NCBI RefSeq assembly: GCF_006345805.1
Contig: NW_021835797.1
Span: 1 to 43,448 of the forward strand
From: Octopus sinensis
Taxonomy: Eukaryota
DNA length: 43,448 nucleotides
Reading direction: 5' to 3'
This document shows, in pieces, positions 1 through 12,210 of this stretch. The position numbers and the translations under genes were made by a program. The notes under the pieces are model-generated. The model saw only the letters and a program-made list of their open reading frames with translations, had not been told where the DNA came from and did no database searches. How positions within the stretch are numbered: the first letter of the stretch is position 1; each line of letters begins with the position of its first letter.

Positions 1-416
1 ACACACACACAGACAGAGAGGGCGAGTGAAGCACTGAGAGAGAGAGAGTGAGATAGATAGAGAGAGAGAGATTGTGTTTATACAATTCAAGATGGGATTC
101 CGCACAGTTTCAGTGAACCAGAATCCACTCACATATCATTCATGAAACCCAAGTTACGTTGATCGAGGTGTCGCTCAGAGGAGCGAACTTACATCTAAAT
201 AGCTTGCAATCCATCCAAATACAAAGCATATATTAACACAGTAATCACAAATCTACTGCGACATAGATGTGCGACACCAAATATTACATGGCGCCTGCTT
301 ACATAAACAAAATATATTCCAATAAAACTGCTTTATTGCATTATTCTATTTGCACATAAATCAGACAACAATAAATGTGAAGGATATATAAATGGAAAAA
401 ACTGTGATAGACTTAC

Positions 417-523
417 CCAAACCAGATGAAAATCAACAACGCCACAATTAACGCCACTGTGGAGACACAGAATCCGAAATGGTAGATGATACTGATCACG
501 TTGAAATCTTCGTGGACATGGTG
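417..523 (-). CDS. Internal exon of a class B1 (secretin-family) GPCR, CRF/diuretic-hormone-44-receptor-like, encoding the end of the ectodomain stalk and TM1
   Basis: Minus strand reads acceptor ...tctctttcag|CAC (AG at 525-524) and donor TTTGG|gtaagt (416-411), 107 bp, phase 0 in and phase 2 out. Translation HHVHEDFNVISIIYHFGFCVSTVALIVALLIFIWF(G) fits the class B TM1 pattern (IY.xG.xxS.xxL.xAL.IF.xF) of CRF, DH44 and calcitonin receptors, where a phase-2 intron follows TM1. Confidence 0.85.
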
Positions 524-558
524 CTGAAAGAGACGCCAGGAATTGATAAATAAATAAG

Positions 559-591
559 TATATATATATGTATGTATGTATGTAAATATAT

Positions 592-622
<31 letters not shown>

Positions 623-646
623 TAACATATATGTATATTATATATA

Positions 647-677
<31 letters not shown>

Positions 678-885
678 CTATATATATATATATATATATC
701 TATATATATATGTATATATATGTATATATATATATATATATAAGTATATATATATATATATATGCATAAATGTTATAAATATATATAATATATATACATG
801 TAATATAATATAATATATGTATTTATACGTATACAATATATATATACACATATATTATGTATATACATATATACTTACACATATG
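559..885. repeat. (TA)n / TATG microsatellite
   Basis: Long degenerate TA dinucleotide run directly upstream of the exon acceptor. Confidence 0.95.
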
Positions 886-1475
886 CATTAAAATTTACAT
901 CATATAAGACTTTGGAGCCTTCGAGAGATGAGAAATTCTTCGCTTCTAACGGTGTAACTCGAAGCAGTTAACGCTATAAATAATAGCGTGTAGACTACTG
1001 CGTTAAAAAAATACTTCCGATAACAAAGTTTATTATATATAGATCTATTTACTTCGTGCTCCACAGTTACAAATGAATTCTCTCCCACTCTCTCTCTCTC
1101 CCTCCCTCTCTCCGTACATATATATATATATACATACAGGCCTGTGTGTGTACGTTAATTAGAAAGTAACATAAATAGAATGAAAATATGCATAGATGAA
1201 AATATGCATAGACTCCCCAATGATACACGTGAGATGACCCACTTCCTTCACTCAGCCTTGAGCCCTTAATGTAGTCAGTAAGTCAGCAAAATTTTATGTG
1301 GATACTTATCTTACCTTGCATGGTCACGTTAAATTTCAACGGCCTACGAGGCATAAAGGTCACTTAACAAGTTTCTTTTATTTTTTATTCTATTTTATCA
1401 TCAATTTTCACCATGAAAAACGTGTGTGTGTATACACACACACACACACACACACCACACACACACAACACACCA

Positions 1476-1533
<58 letters not shown>

Positions 1534-1582
1534 GAAAAAATAAGTCAAAATAGAAATGGTAAAATAATTTTATAGTGAACAT

Positions 1583-1622
1583 CTCAGTACCGGTTTCGGT
1601 CATTTTGAGACCTTTTCAACGT
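1583..1622 (-). ncRNA. Degenerate hammerhead-like motif (Penelope-type remnant)
   Basis: Minus: ttgaaaa-GGTC-tcaaaat-GACC-GAAA-CCGG-TA. Stem II and the palindromic ACCGGT stem III are present; the CUGANGA box is decayed. Confidence 0.4.
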
Positions 1623-1740
1623 AATGATTAAATAATTAAATTTAGAAAAATTAGAAGAAAAGTTTTTTTAAAGGATATTTCTATAGTAGTGTTCAGATAT
1701 AAGTGGCATTCTGCCTTTCTCTGAGTCCCTTGTTTGCACT

Positions 1741-1771
<31 letters not shown>

Positions 1772-1772
1772 G

Positions 1773-2189
1773 TAATACAAAATGGGACAAGAACGCAAAG
1801 TATCCGAACAATTAGATGATACAAAAAGGGACAACAAAAAATCCAGCTAGACGATACATAAAAACAAGGACGTGTCATTCGAAGCTTTCTATCTTCAGTC
1901 AAGAACCAGATCATCCTCGCAGTTTCGGCTGATTAATCTTGAGATTGCTCCAGTCTGTTTTTCCGTACTTGTTTTTGTATAAATTCGATGCTTTCTTCCA
2001 AGTAATCTAATGCTCTTAGCTTAGTTTTTCCTCGGGGCTGGCCAGATTGGAGCAATCTCAAGATTAATCAGCCAAAATTGCGAGGATGATCCGGTTCTTG
2101 ACTGAGGATGGAAAGGTTCGAATGACCCGTCCTTGTTTTTTTTGTATCGTCTATCTGGCTGTTTTGCGTTCTTGTCCCATTTTGTATTA
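1773..2189. mobile_element. Fold-back element (inverted arms 1773-1957 / 2043-2189) inserted in (TA)n; probable Penelope-like remnant
   Basis: The arms are reverse complements (ctggagcaatctcaagattaatcagcc...ttcttgtcccattttgtatta) and (TA)n flanks both sides. A linear copy of 1956-2155 lies at 33358-33552. Confidence 0.75.
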
Positions 2190-2205
2190 TATATATATAT
2201 ATATA

Positions 2206-2613
2206 GCGCAGGAGTGGCTGTGTGGTAAGTAGCTTGTTTACCAACCACATGGTTCCGGGTTCAGTCCCACTGCGTGGCATCTTGGGCAAGTGTCTTCTAC
2301 TATAGCCTCGGGGCGACCAAAGCCTTGTGAGTGGATTTGGTAGATGGAAACTGAAAGAAGCCCGTCGTATATATGTATATATATGTGTATGTGTATGTGT
2401 GTCTGTGTTTGTCCCCTTAGCATTGCTTGACAACCGATGCTGGTGTGTTTATGTCCCCGTCACTTAGCGGTTCGGCAAAAGAGACCGATAGAATAAGTAC
2501 TGGGCTTACAAAGAATAAGTCCCGGGGTCGAGTTGCTCGATTAAAGGCGGTGCTCCAGCATGGCCGCAGTCAAATGACTGAAACAAGTAAAGGAGTAAAG
2601 GAGTAAAGGAGTA
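2206..2613 (+). mobile_element. tRNA-derived SINE, family A (full length)
   Basis: Pol III A-box-like TGGCTGTGTGG, B-box-like GGTTCAGTCC, central TA/TG microsatellite and (GAGTAAAG)n tail. Closely similar copies at 26226-26644 and 36336-36740. Confidence 0.92.
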
Positions 2614-2685
2614 TATATATATAGCGGCGTAGTACACTTTGTTCTCTTATATGTAAGTACACATTATATATATATATATATATAT

Positions 2686-2846
2686 AGTTAATCCAAACAT
2701 GAAAACACGAAGAGAAAACACAACAACGCGAGGACGTCGAACAAGTATAGTGTTATTGGACGCTCAGGAAAGGAAAGAAAGAAGGAGGACGTAACGTTTC
2801 GAGCGGAGCTCTTCGTCAGAAACATAGGAAAGGAAAGATCCAAGGA
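2686..2846 (-). mobile_element. Short repeat carrying a minimal hammerhead motif (2788-2822); Penelope-like remnant
   Basis: Minus: CTGACGA-A-GAGC-tcc-GCTC-GAAA-CGTT. Homologous to 37180-37350 and adjacent to (TA)n. Confidence 0.6.
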
Positions 2847-3049
2847 AGATCCTTAATTAGATCCTTAATTAAATAAAACAGCACATGGATTTAATCACAT
2901 GGATCTCAAACCTCCAAGGTAATTTTTTCAAGAACTATCATTAGACTCGAGATACACAAAGACTTTACAATGTATCGGGATACCTATTTTTTTAATCTTT
3001 GTACATGTTTATTATTATATATAGATATATATATATATATATATATATA

Positions 3050-3273
3050 ATATTGTTATATTCGGAATGGTCATATTGCCAGTTTAGCCAATAAAAACAC
3101 ACGCACTATATATTTGGTGTTACTTGGCTTCAGTGTTATTTATTTTTACATAATCTTAATCTTATTTCGGCCAGAGTTCTTTCGTCACACTCCTGTGACC
3201 GCATCAGTGGTCCTTTGTTTTTCTTCCACTATTGGCTAAACTGGCAATATGACCATTCCGAATATAACAATAT
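3050..3273. mobile_element. Fold-back element with perfect 44-bp inverted repeats and a hammerhead-like motif in the spacer
   Basis: 3050-3093 is the reverse complement of 3230-3273. Minus 3169-3212 reads cca-CTGATGC-G-GTCACA-ggag-TGTGAC-GAAA-GAAC-TC-tgg. Confidence 0.7.
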
Positions 3274-3330
3274 CTGTTTCAACACACGACTTCACCTAAA
3301 AAATCTTGCACAACAAATATTTAAACGTAA

Positions 3331-3532
3331 AGACCCCCTTCGGTCATGAATGACCATGGGATTGCACCTAGAAAGTTACCCTGCTAGACACAAGTCCGGC
3401 AAGGTTGTTTATGGAAGACCAGCAGTCGCCCATGCATACCGGCCTCCCCTCTCCACCACCAGTGTTATCCAAGGAAAAGACAAAGGTCGATACAGCTGGC
3501 ACCAGTGACGTCGCAACTCATTTCTACAGCTG
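3331..3532 (-). mobile_element. SINE 3' part with RTE-like tail (family E)
   Basis: Homologous to 30837-31042 (cggtcatgaatgaccatggg...ggcaaggttgtttatggaagaccagcagtcgccc...gcaccagtgacgtcgc). The RTE-like tail assignment is from memory. Confidence 0.7.
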
Positions 3533-3603
3533 TTATTTTTAAACGTATATATATATAATATATATATATCTATATATATATATATATATATATATCTATA
3601 TAA

Positions 3604-3636
<33 letters not shown>

Positions 3637-4064
3637 TATACATATATGTGTGTTATGTATGTTTAAAAGGTTAATCGAAAGCGCTCACACACGAGGAAAA
3701 ATTCTTCTAAAAAGGGCTAGTATCATCCCAATAAAAAAGATTTTAAAACTTAATTTTTTTTTAAGTATCCCCTTTATAAGTGTCGAATTTGCATCGTATT
3801 ATTCAGACATTTAGTTAATATTTCGAGCGCAGCAGGAAAATTGGCTGGCAGGAGGTTAGAGTAGAACACACCAGCCCAAGGTACAACGCAATGAGACTGT
3901 AAGACCGAAGCTGCAAGTGAGTTTTCTAACCAAACTTCCATGCCTGCGCCTATAATTAGTAAAACTCTTGCTGCCCATCCTATAACTAGCCATTCTCAAT
4001 ATTTTCTATTGTGTCTCTAACAAGCCATTATGTCACCACATGGAATTGCTTCTGCCTATACACA

Positions 4065-4253
4065 ACCCAACCCGCCTGAGACCACACTTATCTCTCTGAT
4101 ACAAGTTTCTTGTTTTAAGTAACATTAATTAAAACATTTCACCAAAACGTCAGTAATAATGACAGTAATTTTACTAAATTCTTTCATTAATTTTATAATT
4201 AATTGAAACAAAAGCAGTGCATTTCAACAGTAATATTGTAATAGAAGGGTTAA
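4065..4253. mobile_element. Possible piggyBac-like MITE remnant
   Basis: Right end ...gaagggTTAA (CCC terminus plus TTAA site) and AT-rich interior; left TIR not recognisable. Confidence 0.35.
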
Positions 4254-4442
4254 TTAATAGTGTCTGGAAATATCCTGAGGAAATATTCAGAGGAAATAAT
4301 CTGAGGAAATATTCATCACAGACATACGAACACACAGACTCAGAAAAGCACTCACTTTGGATATTAAATGTCGCCCATTGTTCGATTGAAACTTCGTGAT
4401 AATTTGATGATGACTTCAGATCGAATTGATCGTTGCACCAGT

Positions 4443-4587
4443 TACTCTTTTATTCTTTTACTTGTTTCAGTCATTCGGTCCCTTTTACCGAACCGCTAAG
4501 TTACGGGAACGTAAACACACCAGCATCGGTTGTCAAGCGATGTTGAGGAGACAAATACAGGCACAGACACACAAACACACAAACACA

Positions 4588-4646
<59 letters not shown>

Positions 4647-4653
4647 CGACGGG
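4443..4653 (-). mobile_element. SINE family A, 3' half with internal deletion
   Basis: Reverse complement of the family A tail (cttgtttcagtcatt...ccgaaccgctaagttacggg...cagcatcggttgtcaagc), lacking the middle of the tail. Confidence 0.85.
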
Positions 4654-6600
4654 CAGATACATATGCACAGATACATACTGAAACATACGGATGCACACGA
4701 GCACACATACACACACAAACACACATATATATATACACATTATTTATGCTGTTATTGCTGAAATTTTTGTTCGAACACAAAAGAATAACTCTTTTTTCTT
4801 CTCGATCCTTTATCATCTATCCGTTTGTGTTTGTCTGTATGTGTGCGTGTGTGTGTCTGTGTGCATGTGTGTGTGTGTGCTTGCGCTCCTGCGCCTTCGG
4901 TTCTAAATCTCTGAATGTGTGGATGTGTGCGTGCGCGGGCACGTGTGTGTGTATGCGTGTGTATGTGTATGTGTGTATGTATGTTTGTTCTCTTGCACCT
5001 TCGCATCTAAGTATCTGACTCTGAGTGAGTCTGTGTGTGGGTGCGAGTGCATGTGTATACTTGTGTGTGTGTGTATGTGTGCGTGTGTGTGTGTGCGTGT
5101 GTGCGTGTGTCTGAGTGCTTGCGCAATTGGGGGCCAATTTTATAATTAAATCCATCACAGCGCCATGCAGTTTTCTAAATCCATAACAGTGAATCTTCAA
5201 CATAGTCACAAAGAATGCAGAGGCAGCAATAGATTTATTGCATTGCTTCTTCTGCATCTTATCTAACGAGGTACGGTATATATACCCGAAGGTACGTTTA
5301 AGAAAACATGGCATTAATGGAATTACATTGTGACCTACTCATACACAGTAGTCTGCTCCCTTCCGAGCTAGTACTGAACATTCATTATTTTAGTGTCTTT
5401 CAAATAGAAAACCACTTCTCATTATACATATATATGTGCGTGTGTGTGTGTATACAGAGGTAGCGACTCTAGAAGTTATTTCTTTGTTACAGTTCGGTAT
5501 TGCTATCTATCAGTCGTCAGTTTTGCCAAACTGCTAAGTCACAATGACATAAACAAGCTAGCTGAGATTGTCAATCGGCTGACGGGATACCAACACACAC
5601 ACCACACACACATATAATATATATATATATATATACGACGGGCAGATACATATGCACAGATACATACTGAAACATACGGATGCACACGAGCACACATACA
5701 CACACAAACACACATATATATATACACATTATTTATGCTGTTATTGCTGAAATTTTGTTTCGAACACAAAAGAATAACTCTTTTTTCTTCTCGATCCTTT
5801 ATCATCTATCCGTTTGTGTTTGTCTGTATGTGTGCGTGTGTGTGTGTCTGTGTGCATGTGTGTGTGTGTGTGCTTGCGCTCCTGCGCCTTCGGTTCTAAA
5901 TCTCTGAATGTGTGGATGTGAGTGCGTGCGCGGGCACGTGTGTGTGTATGCGTGTGTCTGTGTTGTGTGTATGTATGTTTGTTCTCTTGCACCTTCGCAT
6001 CTAAGTATCTGACTCTGAGTGAGTCTGTGTGTGGGTGCGAGTGCATGTGTATACTTGTGTGTGTGTGTGTATGTGTGCGGTGTGTGTGTGCGTGTGTGCG
6101 GTGTCTGAGTGCTTGCGCAATTGGGGGCCAATTTTATAATTAAATCCATCACAGCGCCATGCAGTTTTCTAAATCCATAACAGTGAATCTTCACACATAG
6201 TCACAAAGAATGCAGAGGCAGCAATAGATTTATTGCATTGCTTCTTCTGCATCTTATCTAACGAGGAGGTACGGTATATATACCCGAAGGTACGTTTAGA
6301 AAACATGGCATTAATGGAATTACATTGTGACCTACTCATACACAGTAGTCTGCTCCCTTCCGAGCTAGTACTGAACATTCATTTTTTAGTGTCTTTCAAA
6401 TAGAAAACCACTTCTCATTATACATATATATGTGCGTGTGTGTGTGTATACAGAGGTAGCGACTCTAGAAGTTATTTCTTTGTTACAGTTCGGTATTGCT
6501 ATCTATCAGTCGTCAGTTTTGCCAAACTGCTAAGTCACAATGACATAAACAAGCTAGCTGAGATTGTCAATCGGCTGACGGGATACCAACACACACACAC
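4600..6600 (+). repeat. ~1-kb near-identical tandem duplication (units ~4600-5595 and ~5600-6595)
   Basis: Unique anchors recur about 990 bp apart (acgacgggcagatacatatgc at 4646 and 5635; ggataccaac at 5585 and 6581). Junctions fall in (CA)n/(TA)n. Confidence 0.95.
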
Positions 6601-6789
6601 ACACACACACACAAAACAACACACACACACACACACACGCACACACCACAAACACATACACATGGACCAAAACAGGTTGATACAAATTCGTTGATACTCT
6701 TGAGTTTCAAGCGTGATGCTTGTCGTCAGCCATTTTGAATTGGAATATATACATACATATATACATACATACATACATACATACATACA

Positions 6790-6823
<34 letters not shown>

Positions 6824-6859
6824 CATATATATATATACATACATACATATATATATACA

Positions 6860-7058
6860 TCACCGCTTGACAACAGGTACTGGTGTATTTACGTCACCGT
6901 AACTGAGCAGTTCAGCAAAGGAGAATGATATAGTAAGTACTAGGCTTTAAAGAAATAAGTCCTGAGGTCGATTTGTTCAACTAAAAAAATAAGCCTTTGA
7001 CATTGGTGCACCAGCATGGCCGCAGTCAAATGACTGAAGCGAATGGAAAAATAAAAGA
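6860..7058 (+). mobile_element. SINE family A, diverged 3' half
   Basis: gcttgacaac...ggtgtatttacgtc...ccagcatggccgcagtcaaatgactgaa matches the family A tail. Confidence 0.8.
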
Positions 7059-7107
7059 ATACACACACACACACACATATATATACACACACACACACAC
7101 ATACACA

Positions 7108-7273
7108 CGACGGGTTTGCACGCATTTTCCGTCTACCGGATTTACTCACAAGCCATTGATCGACTCAGAGGCATAACATAAGATACATGCTGAAGGTGCC
7201 ACGCAATGGTACTGAACATGAAACTGTTTGTTTACAAAAGGGTTTTTCTTACCTATACACCCATACCCACGCC
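7108..7273 (-). mobile_element. SINE family A, diverged 5' head
   Basis: cgacggg...ttccgtctacc...actcacaag...aaggtgccacgca resembles the reverse complement of the family A head. Confidence 0.65.
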
Positions 7274-8057
7274 TATATATCAATTGTACGTAAATGCAAA
7301 CATCTGTATTGGCATTCGTGTAAATGGTTGGGAAAGCATATCTACGTGCACGCATGTGTATTTACCTGTGTGTTTGAGTTGATAATGACAAACGATAAAA
7401 TTAATTTAATTTGCAGTTATTTTTTGAAAAAGAAATCCGAATCCCTTCCTTTATATCATTTCCTTTTGTTTGTTACGCTTTACCTCCTTTTTTTTTATTT
7501 TTCTGAAATTAGCTGCGGCCGATAACAAAGAGAAAACATGTAGCTGCTATTTACAAACTGAAAGAACAGCTAAATTATCCACGAATGATAAACGAGAAGG
7601 GAACGTCAATGAAGTCACGTGATTTTGAAAAATAATTGCATATTTATTTCCGATTCATTCTTAAATTCTTTCATTCTTTATTTCCTTTAATCTTCCTCCA
7701 TCCTTTCATTATATTCGTTCCATTATCTTTTCGAAGAATTTTTTCATCTTTCATTTTTGTTTTTCTCTATAAAATTTGTCTTATTTCCCTTTTAACTGTA
7801 AAGAATTTTAAAATAGTGTTCGAAACATATAAAATGTGTTCGTTCTTGTAAGAATATTCGTTTTCTATTGCTTAGAATTCATTTTGTAGAGAAATACGGT
7901 GTAAATAATATCGAAGAATTGATGCCAAAGTATGGGATTAATCAAGCAATTATTCTCCATTTCCGGTTCTAGAAAATGCTGTAATTATTATTTGGTGTTA
8001 CGCAGACATATTCATTAAATTGAATAAATGTACGTACAAACATTTCAGATACATACA

Positions 8058-8088
<31 letters not shown>

Positions 8089-9130
8089 GCACAAATATAT
8101 CTAGATTAATTGAGTTATACATATATACAAGCATGTGTATATATTCAACTATATTTACACATTACATGCGTTCGTATGTACAATTGTAAACGAACATAAC
8201 CATATAATTTTACGCATTTATGCATATATACATACATAAATCTATGATTATTACTCGCGCCCCTGCTTTATATTTACTTGCATCCATACATAGATATATA
8301 TATACATAGAAACAGGCATGTATACACGTTAACATGAATACATACATCACATACATACACATATCTTCGATATACATACTTGCATACGTATATAGGTAAA
8401 AATATTATACATAGGTACATATATACGTTAATACTCAGATCCATAAATATGTACATACATAGATACGTACAAGTAGGTATATACGTATACATACATAGAT
8501 TCATGCATACGTGTATATAGGCATATACTCATAAATATACTCACACAAATAAATAGGAATATATATATATACATTTTTTCGTATATACGTGCATATACTT
8601 ATAAACATCCATACGTGTAATTATGAATCAATAAATTCTTATTTGCCCTGTTCATAATTATACCATACGTTACATATTTATTATGTCATACCTTGATATT
8701 GTGAGAAATAAAACACCCCTTCACAGGCCGCTGGTATTTATATAGTGTATATTTATATACACTTTTGGTATGCAAACAGTTTGGTTGATTTTTTTTTCTC
8801 TGGAGACTGTCAGAATGATGTGGGCGCCTCTGATGAGATGCCAATAATGTTCGAAAATTCATTAATGTTGCTCATCCTTTTTTTTCAGTCTGCAGAGAAA
8901 TGGCTAAAATTTGCCCTGTTTATAATTATACCGTATCTTACATTAATACACACCATTTCTTGTGTGTACATTTAGATATATGAATGCTGGTGGTGAGTTT
9001 AGAACTCCCCATGGAGGATCCCCGTCCACTCTGCTTCTTCTAATGTGATGTGGTTATTATTGTACTTAGTAGTGTTACCGGTTATGATGTACGAAACAAA
9101 TGTAGGAAGAAGCATGAAACACACAGAACA

Positions 9131-9439
9131 GGCACTCTGAGAATTCTAGCTGGATTCGATCAGTTAAACAGCTTGCTCGTGAGTTGTTTGCGTGGAAGTG
9201 GTTCAGCACCCCATAGACACGCATACCTTTAATGTAGTTCTTAGGGAAATTTAGCATGACACAGAATGTAACGAGGGTTGGCACTTTGAAATACAGTTAC
9301 GACTCATTTTGACAGCTGAGTGGACTGGAGCAACGAGCAATAAAGTGCCTTGTTCAAAAACGAAAAAACGCACCGACGAGTATTGAACTCACGACCATAC
9401 GATCGTAAGCCGAATACCCTAACCATTGACCCACGTGCC
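9131..9439 (-). mobile_element. tRNA-derived SINE (family D head and core with family C tail), diverged
   Basis: Core gctgagtggactggagcaac shared with 16733-17060 and 21870-22124; tail shared with 31045-31150. Confidence 0.75.
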
Positions 9440-9442
9440 AGC

Positions 9443-9627
9443 TTATATCGTTCGGTTCCTACGTACGATTCCCTATTGAGGCGGAGCATTTCATCTGTGT
9501 AACAATATAATAAAGTGTTGCCGTGATGAGATGTTATAGTTCAGAATCCAATTGCATTATGAACACCCACAGCATAGGATACAAATAACCACTATAGGGA
9601 GACGTACGTAGGGAACAAATGATATAA
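9443..9627. mobile_element. MITE-like element with imperfect ~34-bp terminal inverted repeats
   Basis: ttatatcgttcggttcctacgtacgattccctat (9443-9476) versus atagggagacgtacgtagggaacaaatgatataa (9594-9627). Confidence 0.65.
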
Positions 9628-10119
9628 ACCCCAGCTTGTTTTAATCCTATTTCATCCCAAATAAATACATTTACACATACAGACGGACATTAATGCATGG
9701 ATGTCAAGTTTCGGGTACAATTCCACTTCAGCAGTACACATTGCCATTAAGTGTAGGTAGACGGAAATTATATGGAATCATGCTGGATGTAGTATACCAA
9801 AAAGCCAACGACAACAGGCTTGTCGGAGGCAAATTGAATGTTTGAGGGGATTAATTTAAGAGTAAAAGAGTTCCTGGAGTTCACTAATGACTAATGACTC
9901 ACTGTACTCGTTTTGTTATACTCTGTGCCGTCTGAGGTTCATGTCAAAGTTTTAAAAATGTATAAGCGTGTACATGCATACACATACAAACACACTGACA
10001 CAGACACACACAACACACACACACACACATATATGTATACATATATGTATGTATACATATATATATATATATATGTATAAGTATATATACATGATATATA
10101 TATATATATATATATATGT

Positions 10120-10201
<82 letters not shown>

Positions 10202-10208
10202 GTGTGTG

Positions 10209-10249
<41 letters not shown>

Positions 10250-10256
<7 letters not shown>

Positions 10257-10417
10257 TTCACAAAAAAACAACGACAAAAGAAAAAGACAGATGGTGTAGC
10301 CAACAAACATATGTATTAGTTTAACGCTCGGGAAGTGAAAAAGTCTTTAACGTTTCGAGCCTACGCTTTCCCACAGAAAGGAACTCAGAAAGAAACTGGG
10401 AGAGAAAATAAAGAATG
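10250..10417 (-). mobile_element. Short repeat with GAGCGTAGGCTC hairpin and GAAACGT (hammerhead-variant family)
   Basis: Homologous to 27315-27487 (+), 40985-41060 (-) and 41677-41862 (-). Confidence 0.7.
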
Positions 10418-10438
10418 AATAGATAGATAGATAGATAT

Positions 10439-10481
<43 letters not shown>

Positions 10482-10506
10482 TGTTTCTTTATTAGCCACA
10501 CAGGGC

Positions 10507-10507
<1 letters not shown>
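10482..10507 (-). mobile_element. Extremely 5'-truncated copy of the (GATA)n-associated non-LTR retrotransposon
   Basis: tgtttctttattagccacacagggct is identical to 18221-18246 and is embedded in a pure (GATA)n array (10420-10592). Confidence 0.8.
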
Positions 10508-10593
<86 letters not shown>

Positions 10594-11191
10594 TGTGAGA
10601 CAACACTAATTGAACAGAAATCAGATATTAGTAATCACTTATCAACGAGAAAGTAAATAGTTTTGTTCATTTTTGTGTCTCTTTCAAGATCATTCATTAT
10701 TGATTTTAAACTCAAAGCCTTGTTGCCGTTTGGTGTTTCTAGAACTTTCAACGTTATGCTATAGTTAACAAGAAACGAGCGTTTTTCAAGATGTTAGACG
10801 TAGACGGCTTTCATCTTTGATTCTTTAATATAAGGCATATTGTAGGATGTAACTGGCAAATAGCTTTCATTTTAGAATAAGAAACAGTAGACCTGTTTCA
10901 AGAAGTAGCAGTTATGTCTTTCATTTACGAATACCAAAAGAATTAGGCCTCTTTCAGTCGTGCCATTCTTATAATCGTTAATCTTCTATGAAGCACTTGT
11001 CTTTCGCTATGCTGTTGTTTGCGTATGAAGTCAAGCTACTTGACTTAGAATATCATAGAGCAGTGATTGTTTCTTAGAACCTTCTTTAGTTCCTGCTGTG
11101 TATGATACGCGTGTGTTGTGTGTTAGTGTTGCATGGATATGGGTACCCGCGTTCGTAACTCACTCAGGCGGTGTTGTGTGTGTGTCTGTGT

Positions 11192-11239
<48 letters not shown>

Positions 11240-11337
11240 ATCTATGTATATATATATATATATGTGTGTGTGTGCGTATGTGTGTTTAGAATAAGATTAT
11301 TGTATAATGCATGTTTTTCTATATGTATATATATGTA

Positions 11338-11387
<50 letters not shown>

Positions 11388-11400
11388 ATATGTATATATG

Positions 11401-11453
<53 letters not shown>

Positions 11454-11929
11454 ACGTACGACAATCAAACGTGTCGAAAAGCTTTCTTATAACTCATATA
11501 TGCAAATAAATAAATATAATTGTTGATTCAAACACACACGTGCAAATATTCGTCCAAATATATATTCACGCACATGGATGTACACGTACACACACATACA
11601 TTTGTATGTGTGTTTGTGTCTGTCTTTATATCACGCAATACGCAGAGAAATGCCCACTCGTAATCATCTGCACATACAGAAGGATCTAAAGGCTCGAAAA
11701 TGTAAGGCGTTGACACATATAGCCCCCAAACATCACTTATATATAGTTGTTTGGGAGACACAGAGTGCTGAATGCACGAAATACCTCGCATAATGTATTC
11801 TAATATATTTGAAGATAAAAAATAACGTAAAAATATCTTGGATGTAAAGACATGACAATGTTTCGAGTATGAATGTTTTTTCTCAAACCTTCCATTATGT
11901 GATACAGATCTTTGGTGTAGCAATTGCAT

Positions 11930-12022
11930 GCGACTGAAGAGGGCTTTTGAACTATCTGTATGTCGATTATGCATTGATGTAAGAATAAGTTGTTCTATAA
12001 AGCTCGAAACATATGTACTGCG
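11930..12022 (+). ncRNA. Type I hammerhead-like motif with long loop II
   Basis: CTGAAGA (11934-40), GGGCTTT...AAAGCTC, GAAA (12006-09), CATATG, TA. Palindromic stem III ACATATGT; stem I poor. Confidence 0.55.
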
Positions 12023-12174
12023 ACATCATTTGTGTCCTGTTTTCCATTTTATTTCATTTTGATACATATATCCTCTCACCTATTCTACTAGCTGGCATAT
12101 ACAGGTGCTTACATTTATCAAGTATTCACCCTGAATTTATTATACATAAATACATATACATCTACATATATATA

Positions 12175-12210
<36 letters not shown>

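Noticed and set aside
524-628. N-terminal part of the ORF called at 413-628
   Set aside because: It is intronic (TA)n upstream of the AG acceptor; only 417-523 is supported as an exon.
2206-2280. tRNA genes at SINE heads (also 19827, 31270, 38400)
   Set aside because: A and B boxes are present but there is no complete cloverleaf and each continues into a SINE body.
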